Origin: Actinomycetes bacterium
GTDB lineage: Bacteria; Planctomycetota; Phycisphaerae; JAACET01
Reading direction: 5' to 3'
Assembly (NCBI GenBank): GCA_030614915.1
Contig: JAUXAG010000001.1
Location: 61,170 to 125,169, forward strand
DNA length: 64,000 nt
Shown here: in pieces, positions 1-9,588 of the stretch
How positions within the stretch are numbered: the stretch's first letter is position 1
Layout: every line of letters starts with the position of its first letter
Position numbers and translations under genes: made by a program
The notes under the pieces: generated by a model
What the model was told of the DNA's origin: nothing
The model's input: the letters and a program-made list of their open reading frames with translations, nothing else
Databases searched by the model: none

Positions 1-55
1 AAGGGGGCGGGTTCGACTATGAGAGCGTCCCTGCGAACAAGGCTAACATGCGTAG

Positions 56-235
56 TTACAGACCCGTAATTCTTAGCACGGCCCAGATAGCTAAAAGGCT
101 GAGCACAAGCAATGCAGCTCTGAATACTCGCATGAGCTGTGTTCTGGGTTGAACAGAACGCCATATACAGGCGCAAACCAGGGCAATAAAGGATATGCGC
201 AGAACAACATATATAGAAGCTACGAACATACTCAT
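56..235 (-). CDS. hypothetical small membrane protein (59 aa, below ORF-track cutoff)
   Basis: ATG at 233-235 (minus strand) and TAA at 56-58. The translation MSMFVASIYVVLRISFIALVCACIW...AALLVLSLLAIWAVLRITGL has two hydrophobic helices. No homology recognised. Confidence 0.25.
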   Translation of the reverse strand: MSMFVASIYVVLRISFIALVCACIWRSVQPRTQLMRVFRAALLVLSLLAIWAVLRITGL

Positions 236-238
236 AGT

Positions 239-284
239 TTACCTATATTAACAGGGAAAGTCAAATAAATTACCTATATTAACA
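239..284. promoter_or_regulatory. two exact 15-bp direct repeats TTACCTATATTAACA in a divergent intergenic region
   Basis: Identical 15-mers at 239-253 and 270-284, 31 bp apart. They lie between the minus-strand small ORF (start 235) and the plus-strand small ORF (start 432). AT-rich and contain -10-like TATATT. Confidence 0.5.
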
Positions 285-431
285 CATGGAGCCAGAAACT
301 ACGCATCTGTCTGCCGGCAAAGAGAATAGAAATCTTCAGAAAAGGTTAGTTTCGTTAAAGTACTCAAAAGACATTGGCCGAACAGAGTAGCAGTGTAATG
401 TGGATCTTTGGTCCCCTTAGGAGGTATGGCG

Positions 432-677
432 ATGCGCTTTATGGAAGCAATCAAGAAATGGCTGAGTGAGCTGACGGAGATCGCTTTGTTGTTGATCGCC
501 CTTGGGATTGTCATCGAAATCCTTTTCGGTGGCACAACCGGGGCAACGATTCCTTTCTTTGGCGGAATTGTTACCAATCTTACGAAATTGATCAGCAGTC
601 TGGGGCAAAATGGTGTTGTTGGTTTAATTGCCTTGGGTATTATTCTTTTCCTGTTCAGGAAAAGAGCGACTGCGTAA
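432..677 (+). CDS. hypothetical small membrane protein (about 81 aa)
   Basis: AGGAGG at 419-424 sits 7 nt before the ATG at 432. The ORF track extends the frame to 408, and the ATG at 426 is too close to the SD. Two predicted TM helices (LLLIALGIVIEILFGG; VVGLIALGIILFLF). Confidence 0.5.
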   Translation: MRFMEAIKKWLSELTEIALLLIALGIVIEILFGGTTGATIPFFGGIVTNLTKLISSLGQNGVVGLIALGIILFLFRKRATA

Positions 678-860
678 AGTCTTACTTTTCTTCCGGCCTG
701 AGTAGCGGCAGAGCTTAGGACTTGCGCTCGGGTCAGAACCGCAATGTGCGGGCAAAGTAGGCTCCGACCTTGGCAAGGAAGCCATTAGGCCGAGTTAGCT
801 GCAGGGCCTGTTTGGTCGGCCCTTTTGGAGCTGGCGAAGGCGCAGAATATCATTAGACGG

Positions 861-890
861 ACAAGCCGACGATTTGGATCGTCGGCTTGT
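861..890. terminator. 12-bp-stem hairpin, possible intergenic terminator
   Basis: ACAAGCCGACGA-tttgga-TCGTCGGCTTGT, followed by TTTAAT on the plus strand. It lies between the small plus-strand ORF and the 3' end of dfx (minus). The U-tract is weak. Confidence 0.4.
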
Positions 891-955
891 TTAATACAGC
901 AACCCACGGACGCTCGTGCTTCGCAGCGCTTCGCAGAGTAGTACAGCGCTGGCGG

Positions 956-1330
956 TCAGGCTTTCCATAGTCCGTGGATGTTGCAGTAGGCTCGGGCAGT
1001 GACATTGTCGGCCTGGATGGCGAAGTCGGCCTCGGGGGCGTCGCCGGGATTGAGGAACTGACGATAGGCTCGGCCGTCGGCAATAAGCTCGATCCACTCG
1101 ATGTAGTGCTTCTCTTCCATGGGGTGAGGGACGCTGCCGACCTTGACCTTGACGCCGGTGGCAGTCTTCTCGATAACCGGGACGTGCTTCTCCCTGGCGG
1201 CGTCAACGGTGTTGGCCTTATAGAGGGTCATATCCTCTCCGCAGCAGACCAAGGTGCCGGCCCCGCCGTGGAGAACCTCCACGATGTTTCCACACTTCTG
1301 GCACTTGTAGATTTGGAGTTTTTCGGCCAT
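956..1330 (-). CDS. dfx: desulfoferrodoxin (2Fe superoxide reductase)
   Basis: 124 aa. N-terminal desulforedoxin-type Cys motifs (CQKCGN...LVCCGE) plus a SOR domain ([14 protein letters not shown]-terminal YCNIHGLW). Confidence 0.9.
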   Translation of the reverse strand: MAEKLQIYKCQKCGNIVEVLHGGAGTLVCCGEDMTLYKANTVDAAREKHVPVIEKTATGVKVKVGSVPHPMEEKHYIEWIELIADGRAYRQFLNPGDAPEADFAIQADNVTARAYCNIHGLWKA

Positions 1331-1442
1331 TGCAAAATCCTTTCGCCAAAGAGATGACTAAAATGGAGTTTGTAAATTACAGGAAACCATTGGGCAAAGT
1401 CCAGTTTTGGAGCTGAAATAGTCCAAGAAATTTTTCAGGTGG

Positions 1443-2387
1443 TCAAACGCCAATATCACGGATGACCTTTTTTAGGGTCTGGGCTGAGGCCTGCAGGGCC
1501 TGCTGCTCCCGGGGGCTGAGTTCGGCACTGAGGGGTCTGTCGGCACCATTTCGGCCGACGACGGTGGGGATACTCAGGCAGACGTTTTCGATGCCACAGT
1601 AGCCGTCAACCAGGCGGGATACGGTCAGAACACTGCGTTCGTCGCGGAGGATGGCCCGGACGATTTTTTCGAGGGCCAAGCCTATGCCGTAACAGGTGGC
1701 GCCCTTGGCTTCGATGATGTGATAGGCAGACTGGCGGACCTTCTCGACGATGGCTTCTCGGTCGTAGTCGCTACATTTGTGAGAGCAGAGTTTTTGGCAA
1801 TGGGAAAGCTTTATGCCGCCCAGATGGGAAATGCTCCAGGCAGCCACCTCGGAGTCGCCGTGCTCGCCCAGGATGTAGGCGTGGACGTTGTGAGGGTCGA
1901 CGGCGCAATGTCGGCTAAGAAGATAGCGAAAACGGGCGCTGTCGAGAACGGTGCCCGAACCGATGACCCGCTCGGGGGGCAAAGACGATGCCCGCAGAGC
2001 AACGTAGGTGAGGACATCGACGGGATTGGCGACCATGAGGAGGATGGCATCGCGGGTGTGCTGGAGGATATTGGCGATGATGCTGCGGCAGATTTCGACG
2101 TTCTGGCGGACGAGGTCAAGGCGTGATTGGCCGGGCTTCTGCTTGGCACCGGCGGAGATGATGACGATATCGGCGTCTTTGCAATCGGCATAATCGCCGA
2201 GGCGGATGTCGACGGGCGGGGTGAAAAACAGGCCGTGATTTAGGTCCATGATCTCGGCCTGGGCGTGTTTGGTGTCGAGGTCGATCATAACGATCTGGCG
2301 GGCGGTGCCGCTTATCTGCAAGGTGTACGCACAAGTAGTGCCCACGGCGCCGGCGCCGACGATTACGACTCTGGATACCCGAGGCAT
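1443..2387 (-). CDS. ldh: L-lactate dehydrogenase
   Basis: 314 aa. Rossmann motif VGAGAVG. The substrate loop AGAKQKPGQSRLDL carries Gln (LDH-type, not the Arg of MDH). Catalytic motif LGEHGDS. Confidence 0.85.
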   Translation of the reverse strand: MPRVSRVVIVGAGAVGTTCAYTLQISGTARQIVMIDLDTKHAQAEIMDLNHGLFFTPPVDIRLGDYADCKDADIVIISAGAKQKPGQSRLDLVRQNVEICRSIIANILQHTRDAILLMVANPVDVLTYVALRASSLPPERVIGSGTVLDSARFRYLLSRHCAVDPHNVHAYILGEHGDSEVAAWSISHLGGIKLSHCQKLCSHKCSDYDREAIVEKVRQSAYHIIEAKGATCYGIGLALEKIVRAILRDERSVLTVSRLVDGYCGIENVCLSIPTVVGRNGADRPLSAELSPREQQALQASAQTLKKVIRDIGV

Positions 2388-2703
2388 GGCTGTAATCCTC
2401 CAGCGGCGAGAAAAGCGGTGTTGTGAGTCCCCAGTGAGATGCCGGAGCAGTTCGGTAGATAGTGTAAGCAGGTCGGGCGGTGTTGGCCAGAGTTATTTTT
2501 GGGGCGGGGCGATTTCTTCCCAAGGTCAAGCTTGTAATTGGCCATCAGTTCCTATACAAATACTGGAATTGGCAGTGCCCTGTTGGGAGTCGATATCAAG
2601 GTGCTGGCAAATCAGCGGAGCGAAGTACTGAACAAAACAGTCTAAAACCGGTCAGTTGAAGGACGTTCAGTTTGGCCAGCCACTGCCAGAACCAAGGTAA
2701 ATT

Positions 2704-4293
2704 ATGCTGAAAAAAGTTACTGCGGGCGTCATTATATGTGCTATTCTGGGATGTCTGGCTGGTGTTGCTGCCAGGAATCCATTCGTCTATATGGCCTGCT
2801 TTGATGCATTGGTTGGAGGCATCCTGTTTGCTCTGTGGATGCTGGTAATGCAGTTTATAGGGATGATAGTTCCCAAGAATCTTGAGGAAGTTTATAGCAG
2901 GAAAAAGGACCGCCTTACGGTGGTCATTTTCTTCGCCGTTTTGTTCTATTTGGGTGTTCAACCTGTCATCAATGTTAAAGCCCTGTCTCATGCAACAGGT
3001 GTTATTAGTTTAGTGAGCAAAATAACGATATTTGTTTTTGTAGTCTTTTTGGGCTGGTGCACAATAGGGCGGATTAAGATACGAAGCATAGTCTCAGGCA
3101 GTGTTCTATTCGTTTTGTTTACCGCGTCGCTATCGTTCATCAATTCTACCGCCCTTAAGTCAGGTGAAACTAGCGCGTCTGATCAGCTTGAAAAACTTAG
3201 AACGCTAGGATATGTCGATTGGGCAGCAACAGAAGATGTAGAAAAAAGAGGGGTGGTACATTATGACCCTGAGTCAGCTTCGAGGGGTATGAACTTATAC
3301 ACATCCAGGCCTTTGCAGGAAGCAGTTTTGATTGATATGGAGGGGAATGTTGTACATAAATGGCTATGGAAGAAGCAGGGGCAGGTTGATCGGCAGTTTT
3401 TGCGGGCCAGTGCGAATATCTACCACATAAAGATGTGTAAGAATGGTGATTTGCTTGTAATTGCCAAGGACCGGATGCTTGTTCGGCTAGACTGGGATTC
3501 AAAGGTTAAGTGGAAGAGAAAGATGCGAGTCCACCATGATGTTTCTGTTGGCCCAGAGGGGAAGATATACGCAGTGGCCCGGGAACATGGGCTGGTGTTT
3601 TGGCATGGGATACCGGTACCTATTCTGGGCGATTGTATTGTAGTTTTGTCGCCAGACGGTGAAATAGAAAAGAAAACACCTCTCTATGAGCTGATTAGAG
3701 ACCGTCTCTCTCTGAGGGCGATTGTCAAGATATACATATCAGCGATGCGGGCGGAGTTTGACATCATGCATACAAACAGCCTTGAAGTTATGGACAGAGA
3801 TATTGAAGGCTTTTGCAGGAAGGGGGATTGGCTAATATCGATGATGCACCTTAATCTTGTTGGAGTTGTAGATGCCAAGAAAGAGGAGTTAGTCTGGAGT
3901 TGGGGAGCAGGCGAATTGGATAAACAACATCATCCGACACTCTTGCAAAATGGCAATGTGTTGATTTTCGATAATGGCTCCGTTAGGGGGTTTTCACGCG
4001 TTATTGAGTTGAATCCGTTAACCAGGGAGATTGAATGGGAGTACAAATCTGAGCCTCCAGAGAAGTTTTTCTCCAATGGGAGAGGTGGCAGCCAAAGATT
4101 GCCAAATGGTAACACTCTCATTACAGAAAGTGATAAGGGCCATGTTTTCGAAATAACGAAAGATGGTAAAGTCGTGTGGGAATTTTATAGTCCCCATGTA
4201 AAGAAGAAAAAGAAGAAGAGAGCAGTTATATACCGGTTGATACGGATCAGTAATTCCGAGATAGATGAACTTCTCAAGAGGAGTGAGGAATAG
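2704..4293 (+). CDS. membrane-anchored arylsulfotransferase (ASST)-like beta-propeller protein
   Basis: 529 aa. About 5 N-terminal hydrophobic helices, then LRTLGYVDW...GMNLYTS, HHDVSV, MHTNSLEV and QHHPTLLQNGNVLIFDNG motifs typical of the ASST family. Lysine run KKKKKKR near the C-terminus. Visibly AT-richer than the flanks. Confidence 0.6.
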   Translation: MLKKVTAGVIICAILGCLAGVAARNPFVYMACFDALVGGILFALWMLVMQFIGMIVPKNLEEVYSRKKDRLTVVIFFAVLFYLGVQPVINVKALSHATGVISLVSKITIFVFVVFLGWCTIGRIKIRSIVSGSVLFVLFTASLSFINSTALKSGETSASDQLEKLRTLGYVDWAATEDVEKRGVVHYDPESASRGMNLYTSRPLQEAVLIDMEGNVVHKWLWKKQGQVDRQFLRASANIYHIKMCKNGDLLVIAKDRMLVRLDWDSKVKWKRKMRVHHDVSVGPEGKIYAVAREHGLVFWHGIPVPILGDCIVVLSPDGEIEKKTPLYELIRDRLSLRAIVKIYISAMRAEFDIMHTNSLEVMDRDIEGFCRKGDWLISMMHLNLVGVVDAKKEELVWSWGAGELDKQHHPTLLQNGNVLIFDNGSVRGFSRVIELNPLTREIEWEYKSEPPEKFFSNGRGGSQRLPNGNTLITESDKGHVFEITKDGKVVWEFYSPHVKKKKKKRAVIYRLIRISNSEIDELLKRSEE

Positions 4294-4402
4294 ATGAAAT
4301 GTTAGCAAAGCAGCAAATACGTTCCGTATCTGCATATGAGGGGTACGTAGAATAAGCGCGGGATTCGACGTTTAGTGGACGTGGACACTGTGGGGCCTCG
4401 AA

Positions 4403-5932
4403 TTAGACGGTACGGTCGAGAAGTCGGTACTGGATGGCTTCGGAGAGGTGCTCGGGCTTGATGGAGTCAGCCTCGGCCAGATCGGCAATGGTGCGGGAGA
4501 GTTTTAAAAGCTTATCGTGAGCCCGGGCGGATAAACCCAACTCGTGCATGGCTTGCTTGAGCAAGGATTCGCAGGCCTCGTCAAGCGGACAGTGCTTGCG
4601 GATGGCCCGAGAAGTCATGCGGGTGTTGGTGAGAGTGGAGTCGGAGCCGAAACGCTGCTTCTGCCGCCGGCGGGCAGAGATGACTTGTTGGCGGATGTGA
4701 GCGGATGAAGTGCCAAGGTCAGTAGAGCGGAGCTTGCGATAGGCAACAGCGGGGACCTCGACGTGGATGTCGATGCGGTCAACGAGGGGGCCGGAGATTC
4801 GGCCACGATATTTTTGGACCTGCAAGGGGGAGCATTTGCAGGTTCGCTTGGGATCGCCCAGATATCCACAGGGGCAGGGATTCATGGCAGCGATGAGCAT
4901 AATCTGAGCAGGAAAAGTGACGGCGGAGTGGACTCGGCTGACGGTGACTTGGCCGTCCTCGAGCGGCTGGCGGATGGTCTCCAGGACGTTGCGAGTAAAC
5001 TGGGGGAATTCATCGAGGAAGAGGACGCCGTGATGGGCCAGGCTGAGCTCGCCGGGCGTGGGGATGGTGCCGCCGCCAACGAGAGCGGGCGATGAAGTCG
5101 AGCTGTGCGGGGAGCGGACGGGGCGGGTGGCGACGAGGGCTTGGCCAGCTTTGAGCAGGCCGACGGAAGAGTATATGCGGGTGGTTTCGAGGGACTCGGC
5201 CAAGGTGAGCGGTGGCAGGATGGTGGGCAGGCGTTTGGCGAGCATGGTTTTGCCGGCTCCGGGCGGGCCAATCATGAGCATGTTGTGATGGCCGGCTGCG
5301 GCGATGGTCATGGCCCGCTTGACGTGCTCCTGGCCGCGGACGTCGGCGAAATCGAGGTCGTAGGTACTGGCCCAGGCGAAGGCCTTGTCGAGATCCACAT
5401 GCGTAGGGTCGAGTTGCAATTGGCCGGTGATCAGCCCGACGGCCTGGGTGAGTGAATTTACGGGGAAGACATCAAGATCAGCGACGACGGCGGCCTCGGG
5501 GGCATTGGCAGCGGGGACGATCATTCGCGAGAAGCCCTTGTCCTTGGCGAGAATGGCCATGGATAGGGCGCCCTTGATGGGGCGGACTCGGCCGTCGAGG
5601 GCCAACTCGCCGGCGACTAGAAAATCGTCCAGGGCATCGGCCGTGACTTGGCCGTCGGCTGCGATCATGCCCAGGGCAATGGGCAGGTCAAATGCGGAGC
5701 CCTCCTTCCTGAGGTCGGCGGGGGCGAGATTGATCACGGTGCGGTGGCGGGGCCATTGATAGCCGCAATTGGTGAGGGCCGCACGAATGCGCTCGAGGGA
5801 TTCCTTTGTAGCCTGGTCGGGCAGGCCAACGAGGATGCTCTGAGGCAGGCCGCGGCTGGTGACGTCCACTTCGACCTCGCAAGGGAAGCCTTCAATGCCG
5901 GATAAGGCGACGCTGTGTAATCTGGTCAACAT
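4403..5932 (-). CDS. comM: YifB/ComM family Mg-chelatase-like AAA+ ATPase
   Basis: 509 aa. N-terminal Lon-like domain (SVALSGIEGFPCEVEVDV), Walker A GPPGAGKT, Walker B VLFLDEF, C-terminal ChlI-C region. Confidence 0.9.
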   Translation of the reverse strand: MLTRLHSVALSGIEGFPCEVEVDVTSRGLPQSILVGLPDQATKESLERIRAALTNCGYQWPRHRTVINLAPADLRKEGSAFDLPIALGMIAADGQVTADALDDFLVAGELALDGRVRPIKGALSMAILAKDKGFSRMIVPAANAPEAAVVADLDVFPVNSLTQAVGLITGQLQLDPTHVDLDKAFAWASTYDLDFADVRGQEHVKRAMTIAAAGHHNMLMIGPPGAGKTMLAKRLPTILPPLTLAESLETTRIYSSVGLLKAGQALVATRPVRSPHSSTSSPALVGGGTIPTPGELSLAHHGVLFLDEFPQFTRNVLETIRQPLEDGQVTVSRVHSAVTFPAQIMLIAAMNPCPCGYLGDPKRTCKCSPLQVQKYRGRISGPLVDRIDIHVEVPAVAYRKLRSTDLGTSSAHIRQQVISARRRQKQRFGSDSTLTNTRMTSRAIRKHCPLDEACESLLKQAMHELGLSARAHDKLLKLSRTIADLAEADSIKPEHLSEAIQYRLLDRTV

Positions 5933-6139
5933 GTCGAAAACCCCAAAGAATTCTAAAGCCCCTGGGCTTTACCCCGGCTAAGGGAGGGAGTCTTTTAGAC
6001 AATAGCATAACAGGGGGGCGGGGCTGAGCCAACGGCTTTTTGAGGAAAGCTACAAGGCGTGAGGCGTGAAACGTGAGCTGTGGCTGTAAAAGAATTTCCT
6101 TTTATTGTCGCATTTTTTGCTTAGGGAAGCTCTTATTAG

Positions 6140-6697
6140 ATGGGGGCAGTTGCAGGCAGCTTAGAGGTGCACGTGCAAGCGGACGCTGAATTGGTAAAAG
6201 CGGTGCTGGGAGGGGAACGCAGAGCGTTTGCCGAGCTGGTGAGGCGCTATGAGCGGGCGGTTCGGGCGCTGGCGCTGAGTGTGCTGGCTGATGGTCATGC
6301 GGCAGAGGATGTGGCTCAGGATTGCTTTGTGATTGCGTATCAGGAACTGGACAAGCTTCGCAAGCCAGGTGCGTTTGGGGGCTGGCTGTTGAAGATCGCA
6401 AGGCGAGAGGCCGTCAGCAGGAGCCGTTCACGGCTGAAGATGGCCCGGTTGGAGGAATCGAAGATCGGGGCGGCGAAGGATCGTGACGGGCGACTGGATG
6501 AGGATTTGCAGGAGGTACTGGCGGCGGTGATGAAATTGCCAGGCCATGAACGGCAAGTAATAACGCTGAAGTATTTCAATGGGCAGAGCATTCGGGGAAT
6601 TTCCGAGATGACCGGTAGAGCTATCGGGACGGTGAGCAAACAACTTTCGCGGGCACATGAACGTCTGCGAAATATATTGAAGGGTACTGAGTTATGA
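6140..6697 (+). CDS. ECF-type RNA polymerase sigma factor
   Basis: 185 aa. Region 2 (FAELVRRYERAVRALA...DVAQDCF) and region 4 HTH (SIRGISEMTGRAIGTVSKQLSRAHERL). 4-nt overlap with the downstream gene. Confidence 0.85.
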   Translation: MGAVAGSLEVHVQADAELVKAVLGGERRAFAELVRRYERAVRALALSVLADGHAAEDVAQDCFVIAYQELDKLRKPGAFGGWLLKIARREAVSRSRSRLKMARLEESKIGAAKDRDGRLDEDLQEVLAAVMKLPGHERQVITLKYFNGQSIRGISEMTGRAIGTVSKQLSRAHERLRNILKGTEL

Positions 6698-7941
6698 GTG
6701 GTGACGAAAAACTTAAAAAGAGATTGGAACAACTGGGCCGGGCCATGGCGGGGAGAGAATCGATGGCGGAGGAGGTTATGGGGCGGATAGAACGGCTGGG
6801 GGCAGGGGCGGCGAGCACTAAACGATTTGGTTCACATACAAAGATACGGAGGAACATTATGAACGCTAGATTGATCAAGTATGCTGCGGCTGTGGTAGTA
6901 ATCGGCGTGGTTGGCCTGTTCGCGTGGCTGACAAGCGGAAACGGGATGGCCAGTGTCGTGTTCGCAGAAGTGGTGCGACAAATCAACGAGGCCGAGACAT
7001 TAACCTTCACGACAATTAGCCAGACAGAAGGAGAGGAGCCTGCAACCGCTCAATGCATGTATATGGAGCCAGGCCGGGTACGAATAAGCAGCAACAGGAA
7101 TATTGTTTTGCCCGCTCCCTTACCAGAGGGGTCAGTGTGGATAATGGACTTCAGAAAGGGTGTGCTACTCATTCTCGACCCAATAAAAAAAACAGGAACA
7201 AAATTAGAAACAGACACTAGCGCCGCCCCGACCCCCAATATGGTTCGATTAATGAAAAACCTCCCGAGTAAAGCAGAACGAAAGCTCGGGGTTAGGGAAA
7301 TCGATGGTCGCAAAGCTATAGGCTTTGTAGTTCGCAAGTTTGACGAGAAGATCACTTTTGGCCAAGAATACGTCGTGTGGGTTGATCAGCAGAGCGCCCT
7401 GCCAATCCGTGTTGAGATGGAGATTAGCGACAGAAAAGGCCGAAAAGGCAGGATCACTGTTACTGATATTCAGTTCGATAGAAAGCTCGATGAGTCTCTT
7501 TTCAGCCTTGAGCTTCCCGTAGGATATACCATCGACGAATCCGCCATGCTGAAGCTCGAACGGTCCCGTCAGATGGCTCGGCGTGCGGTCTCAGCAGCCA
7601 ACATGCATAAGTTAGTTACGGGCTGCCTGGAGTACAGCAAGGATCATAACGGACAATGGCCGGGGTCTCTTGAGGAACTGGTCGGGATGTATGGGATTAC
7701 AGAAAAGCATCTTGTCAATCCCAGTCAGAAACAGCGCAGGATCGGCTATGTATATCTCAAGCCTGCAGGGGCATCTCTTGAATCGGGCCAACTTCTGATG
7801 TACGAGGCCCATGACGAATGGAAAGATGGGATAAACGTAGGATTTGCCGACAGATATGTCAAGTTCATCGCTGACGAAGAAGAGTTCAAGAGGCTACTTG
7901 AAAAAGCCCAACTTAAAGAAGGTTCGGGGGGAGGTAATTAG
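6694..7941 (+). CDS. putative anti-sigma factor / single-pass membrane protein with a large extracytoplasmic domain
   Basis: 415 aa. Translationally coupled to the ECF sigma. One TM (YAAAVVVIGVVGLFAWL). The N-terminal architecture parallels ORF 42273-43124. No zinc-finger anti-sigma motif seen. Confidence 0.55.
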   Translation: MSGDEKLKKRLEQLGRAMAGRESMAEEVMGRIERLGAGAASTKRFGSHTKIRRNIMNARLIKYAAAVVVIGVVGLFAWLTSGNGMASVVFAEVVRQINEAETLTFTTISQTEGEEPATAQCMYMEPGRVRISSNRNIVLPAPLPEGSVWIMDFRKGVLLILDPIKKTGTKLETDTSAAPTPNMVRLMKNLPSKAERKLGVREIDGRKAIGFVVRKFDEKITFGQEYVVWVDQQSALPIRVEMEISDRKGRKGRITVTDIQFDRKLDESLFSLELPVGYTIDESAMLKLERSRQMARRAVSAANMHKLVTGCLEYSKDHNGQWPGSLEELVGMYGITEKHLVNPSQKQRRIGYVYLKPAGASLESGQLLMYEAHDEWKDGINVGFADRYVKFIADEEEFKRLLEKAQLKEGSGGGN

Positions 7942-7946
7942 GGCTG

Positions 7947-8330
7947 CTACTGTCCCAGTGCGATGGCGGAGGCGACGGCGTGCTCGCGAGTGTGTGAGAT
8001 ACTGACCAGGACCGCAGTGACGCCCATCCGTTCGGCAACGGCGGCGCTTTCGCCGGATAAAACGATCTCGGGTTTGCCCAAATCGTCGTTGGCAATCTGG
8101 ACGTCAGTCCACTTCATTTGGCCGCGCATGCCGGTGCCGAGGGCCTTGAGGACGGCCTCCTTGGCGGCGAATCGGCCGGCGAGGTGCTGCATCCTCTCCT
8201 TGTGCTGTTGGCAGTAGGCCTGCTCGTGAGCGGTGAAGACCCGCTGTAAAAGACGCTCGCCGTGATGGGAGAGCATCTTGGCTAAGCGAGGGCACTCGAT
8301 TACGTCAACGCCATGACCGAGGATGTCCAT
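7947..8330 (-). CDS. acpS: holo-[acyl-carrier-protein] synthase
   Basis: Only the C-terminal 127 aa of the 323-aa track ORF (MDILGHGVDVIE...GRFAAKEAVLKALG...ISHTREHAVA) match AcpS. The ATG at 8328-8330 overlaps the stop of the upstream permease gene. Confidence 0.85.
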   Translation of the reverse strand: MDILGHGVDVIECPRLAKMLSHHGERLLQRVFTAHEQAYCQQHKERMQHLAGRFAAKEAVLKALGTGMRGQMKWTDVQIANDDLGKPEIVLSGESAAVAERMGVTAVLVSISHTREHAVASAIALGQ

Positions 8331-9232
8331 CAGGCAAGCTCCCGTGTTCGAAACAGGGCCAGCCCCACCAACAAGGCTGCGGCACAGTAGAAAAAGGCAC
8401 AGAGTCCGGCCAAGCCTACGTAGGCCCATACGGCGGAGAAGGGGGAAGAGGCGGTGCCGAGGGTCCGATAAGCGAGGGTCTCGGTGATATTGAAGTGCTC
8501 CAACTGGGGAAGGATGGTGAGCAGGGCAGAAACGCCGAGGTACCTTGCCCAGGGGCCATCCAAAGTCAAAAAGCTGATCATATGGCCGGCGATGAAGATG
8601 AGGGCGCAAATCATGACGTTGATGGCCATGCCCAAACGAGTGCTGATGGCTACGGCGATGGCAGCCATGACCGCGGTCTGCAGGAAGATCAAAACTATCA
8701 TCGGGGGGACGGACCAGAAATGAGCCCATTGGCTCAGACGGGTTCTGACAGTGTAATGGTCGGCGGGGTCGGGGTAAAAGACGTCGTGGAGTTTGGCCCA
8801 GAAGCCTTCGACACCCTCTGAGAACATGGGGACGTTGCGATCCCAGGGGGGGCGGAACCAGGCAAAGATCATGATAACCAGACCACAGAGGATGATAACG
8901 ACGGCTACGGCTGCACAAACGCCGAGAAATTTGCCGAGGATAATCTCGCCCCGCAAGACCGGCTTACTAAGGAGAGTCATCATGGTCCTGTTGTCGATTT
9001 CCTCGTCAATGACCTTACTGGCGGAGAGGACGGCCAAGATCAGGGCAATAAACAAGGTCATAGCCACGGCTACGTCCTTGTACATTTTGACGTCGTCCTC
9101 AAGGACCAGGGTGAAATAAGGAATGATTCCAAGGAGCACCACGGCGACCAGGCCCAGCAGGGCCAAGATCAACAGCAAGGGACTGGTGATAATCTCAAGG
9201 AAAGTATTTCTGGCTATGGTGGTAGTAGTCAT
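8330..9232 (-). CDS. ABC-2 type transporter permease (NosY/GldF-like)
   Basis: Start taken at the MTTTTIARNTFLEI ATG (9230-9232). About 6 TM helices. Has the motif EEIDNRTMMTLLSKPVLRGEIILGKFLG typical of ABC-2 permeases. No ATPase gene adjacent. Confidence 0.65.
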   Translation of the reverse strand: MTTTTIARNTFLEIITSPLLLILALLGLVAVVLLGIIPYFTLVLEDDVKMYKDVAVAMTLFIALILAVLSASKVIDEEIDNRTMMTLLSKPVLRGEIILGKFLGVCAAVAVVIILCGLVIMIFAWFRPPWDRNVPMFSEGVEGFWAKLHDVFYPDPADHYTVRTRLSQWAHFWSVPPMIVLIFLQTAVMAAIAVAISTRLGMAINVMICALIFIAGHMISFLTLDGPWARYLGVSALLTILPQLEHFNITETLAYRTLGTASSPFSAVWAYVGLAGLCAFFYCAAALLVGLALFRTRELA

Positions 9233-9588
9233 CTGAACCGAAAGAGAATTAGACGCTGAGAAACTACCAAATCGGAACTTCCAGTAGGTTATAATCCGAA
9301 TGGATAAGTATATCGGATTTGATGTGGATGACAAGAAAACAATTGCCTGGGTGATAGAAAAAGGCTCTCCTGAGGCGGACAAAAAGGCAGCCCCTGAATG
9401 AGCAGCCATAGCCAAGTTCAACCATGCCTTATATGAGGCCCTTCATAAGTACCTCCATCGTACGGATTGCGCTGTACTGCTGGTGCTTTCTGAGAAGAAG
9501 TCCTCTGTACAACTCCGAATCAAGCCACTCCAACGGCAAAGAAACGGACATGTGGACACAATAACTCAGCCCAAGCATCTAAAAATCA

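Noticed and set aside
1-70. tmRNA-like 5' motif (GGGGGCGGGTTCGAC...TGCGAACAAGG) at the window start
   Set aside because: The resemblance to tmRNA 5' ends is superficial. In the following 400 nt there is no tag-peptide reading frame ending in a typical hydrophobic ..AA stop, no T-arm and no complementary 3' acceptor strand. A minus-strand small ORF also occupies 56-235.
8331-8918. N-terminal 196 codons of the 323-aa track ORF containing acpS
   Set aside because: Only the last 127 aa match AcpS. The extension overlaps the ABC-2 permease gene in another frame and is Arg/Pro/His-rich, which is untypical of real proteins.
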